Shown here piece after piece: positions 63,205 to 64,000 of a stretch of 64,000 bases of DNA. A program made the position numbers and the translations under genes. The DNA is taken from positions 32,001-96,000 of the forward strand of contig CAVVMW010000029.1 of the NCBI GenBank assembly GCA_963749495.1, in the 5' to 3' direction. The notes below the pieces were generated by a model. It searched no databases. It saw nothing but the letters and a program-made list of their open reading frames with translations, and had not been told where the DNA came from. Source of the DNA: an uncultured bacterium (lineage in GTDB: Bacteria > Verrucomicrobiota > Verrucomicrobiia > Limisphaerales > UBA8199). Each line of letters opens with the position of its first letter. Position 1 is the stretch's first letter.

Positions 63205-64000
63205 ATGATCTACACAGGCATCGGCGACGAAGCAGCCGCGGGCATCGATGGCCAAATCGAGGCCACGCGCGAACTCAATTGGACCTGCCTGGAGATGCGC
63301 GGCGTGGAGGTCCCCGGCTACGCCAAGGCGAATTTTCACGATATTCCGGATGCGGCCTTCGACCTGGCGGTCCGCAGGCTGGAATCGGCCGGGGTTGGGG
63401 TCTATTGCTTCGGCTCGACCATTATGAATTGGGCCAGGCGGATCGAGGACCCGTTCGAGTTGACCTTGTCCGAGGTCCAGCGCGCCATCCCGCGGATGCT
63501 CCGCCTGGGCGCCAAGTACGTGCGTATCATGAGCTTCAAGCCGGGCGACGAGGAATATCGGATCCCCCCAAGGTCTTTCGGCGGGTCAAGGAGGTGACCA
63601 CCCGGTTCCTGGACGCCGGGCTGCAGCCCGTGCACGAGAACTGCATGAACTTCGGGGGCATGAGCTGGCAGCACGCCCTTGAATTGCTCGACAAGTGCCC
63701 GGGGCTCAAATGGGTCTTCGACACCGCCAACCCGATCTTCAACCCCGACCGTTCCAAGCCCAAGCCCTGGCCCAGGCAGGACCCGTGGGAGTTTTGGACC
63801 CACCTGCGCGACCACGTCCTCCACGTGCACATCAAGGATGCCACGTGGAACGCGGCCAAGAACGATGCGGACTACACATGGCCGGGCGAAGGCCACGGCC
63901 GCGTGGGCGACATCCTCAAAGACGCCCTGGCCCGGGGTTACCCGGGCGCCCTGTCCATCGAACCCCACATGGTCAGCGTCTTCCACGACCCCCAGGCCAA
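63205..64000 (+). CDS. Sugar phosphate isomerase/epimerase (TIM barrel), -1 frameshift at C6 run 63564-63569; runs off window
   Basis: TGIGDEA, RIMSF; then HENC, FDTAN, HVHIKDA, SIEPH in the shifted frame. Confidence 0.85.

Overview
GC-rich bacterial DNA, probably Verrucomicrobiota (Pedosphaera/Limisphaera-like). This is inferred from the prepilin/H-X9-DG protein, PATR repeats with an FYR motif, the CAZyme load and the repeat families. About 1-57 kb is an accessory region. It holds intact CAZymes (GH39/51-like+CBM, GH31, GH95, PL22, GH9, a ~1500-aa six-hairpin/malectin protein, near-intact GH59) and more than 20 'collapsed' genes, where an N-terminus is joined directly to a C-terminus or to an unrelated gene. 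There are three defence-type loci: ABC-ATPase + PD-(D/E)xK-like protein; stand-alone HD-CE-like hydrolase + ~916-aa helical protein; MmeI-like R-M + MazF-type TA. Mobile DNA includes a tRNA-Arg(TCG) 3' att remnant with an integrase stub, a DUF3631 remnant, a RAYT remnant and a complete two-ORF IS (51834-54612, imperfect TIRs, 8-bp TSD). A divergent leuB follows the IS. From ~57.6 kb the genes look like ordinary chromosomal metabolism. About 13 single-base indels, mostly in short homopolymers, suggest residual long-read errors. Best novel-system candidates are the HD + helical protein pair, the unclassified IS and the pervasive microhomology-type gene collapse. All family calls come from motif recognition by eye; no searches were run.
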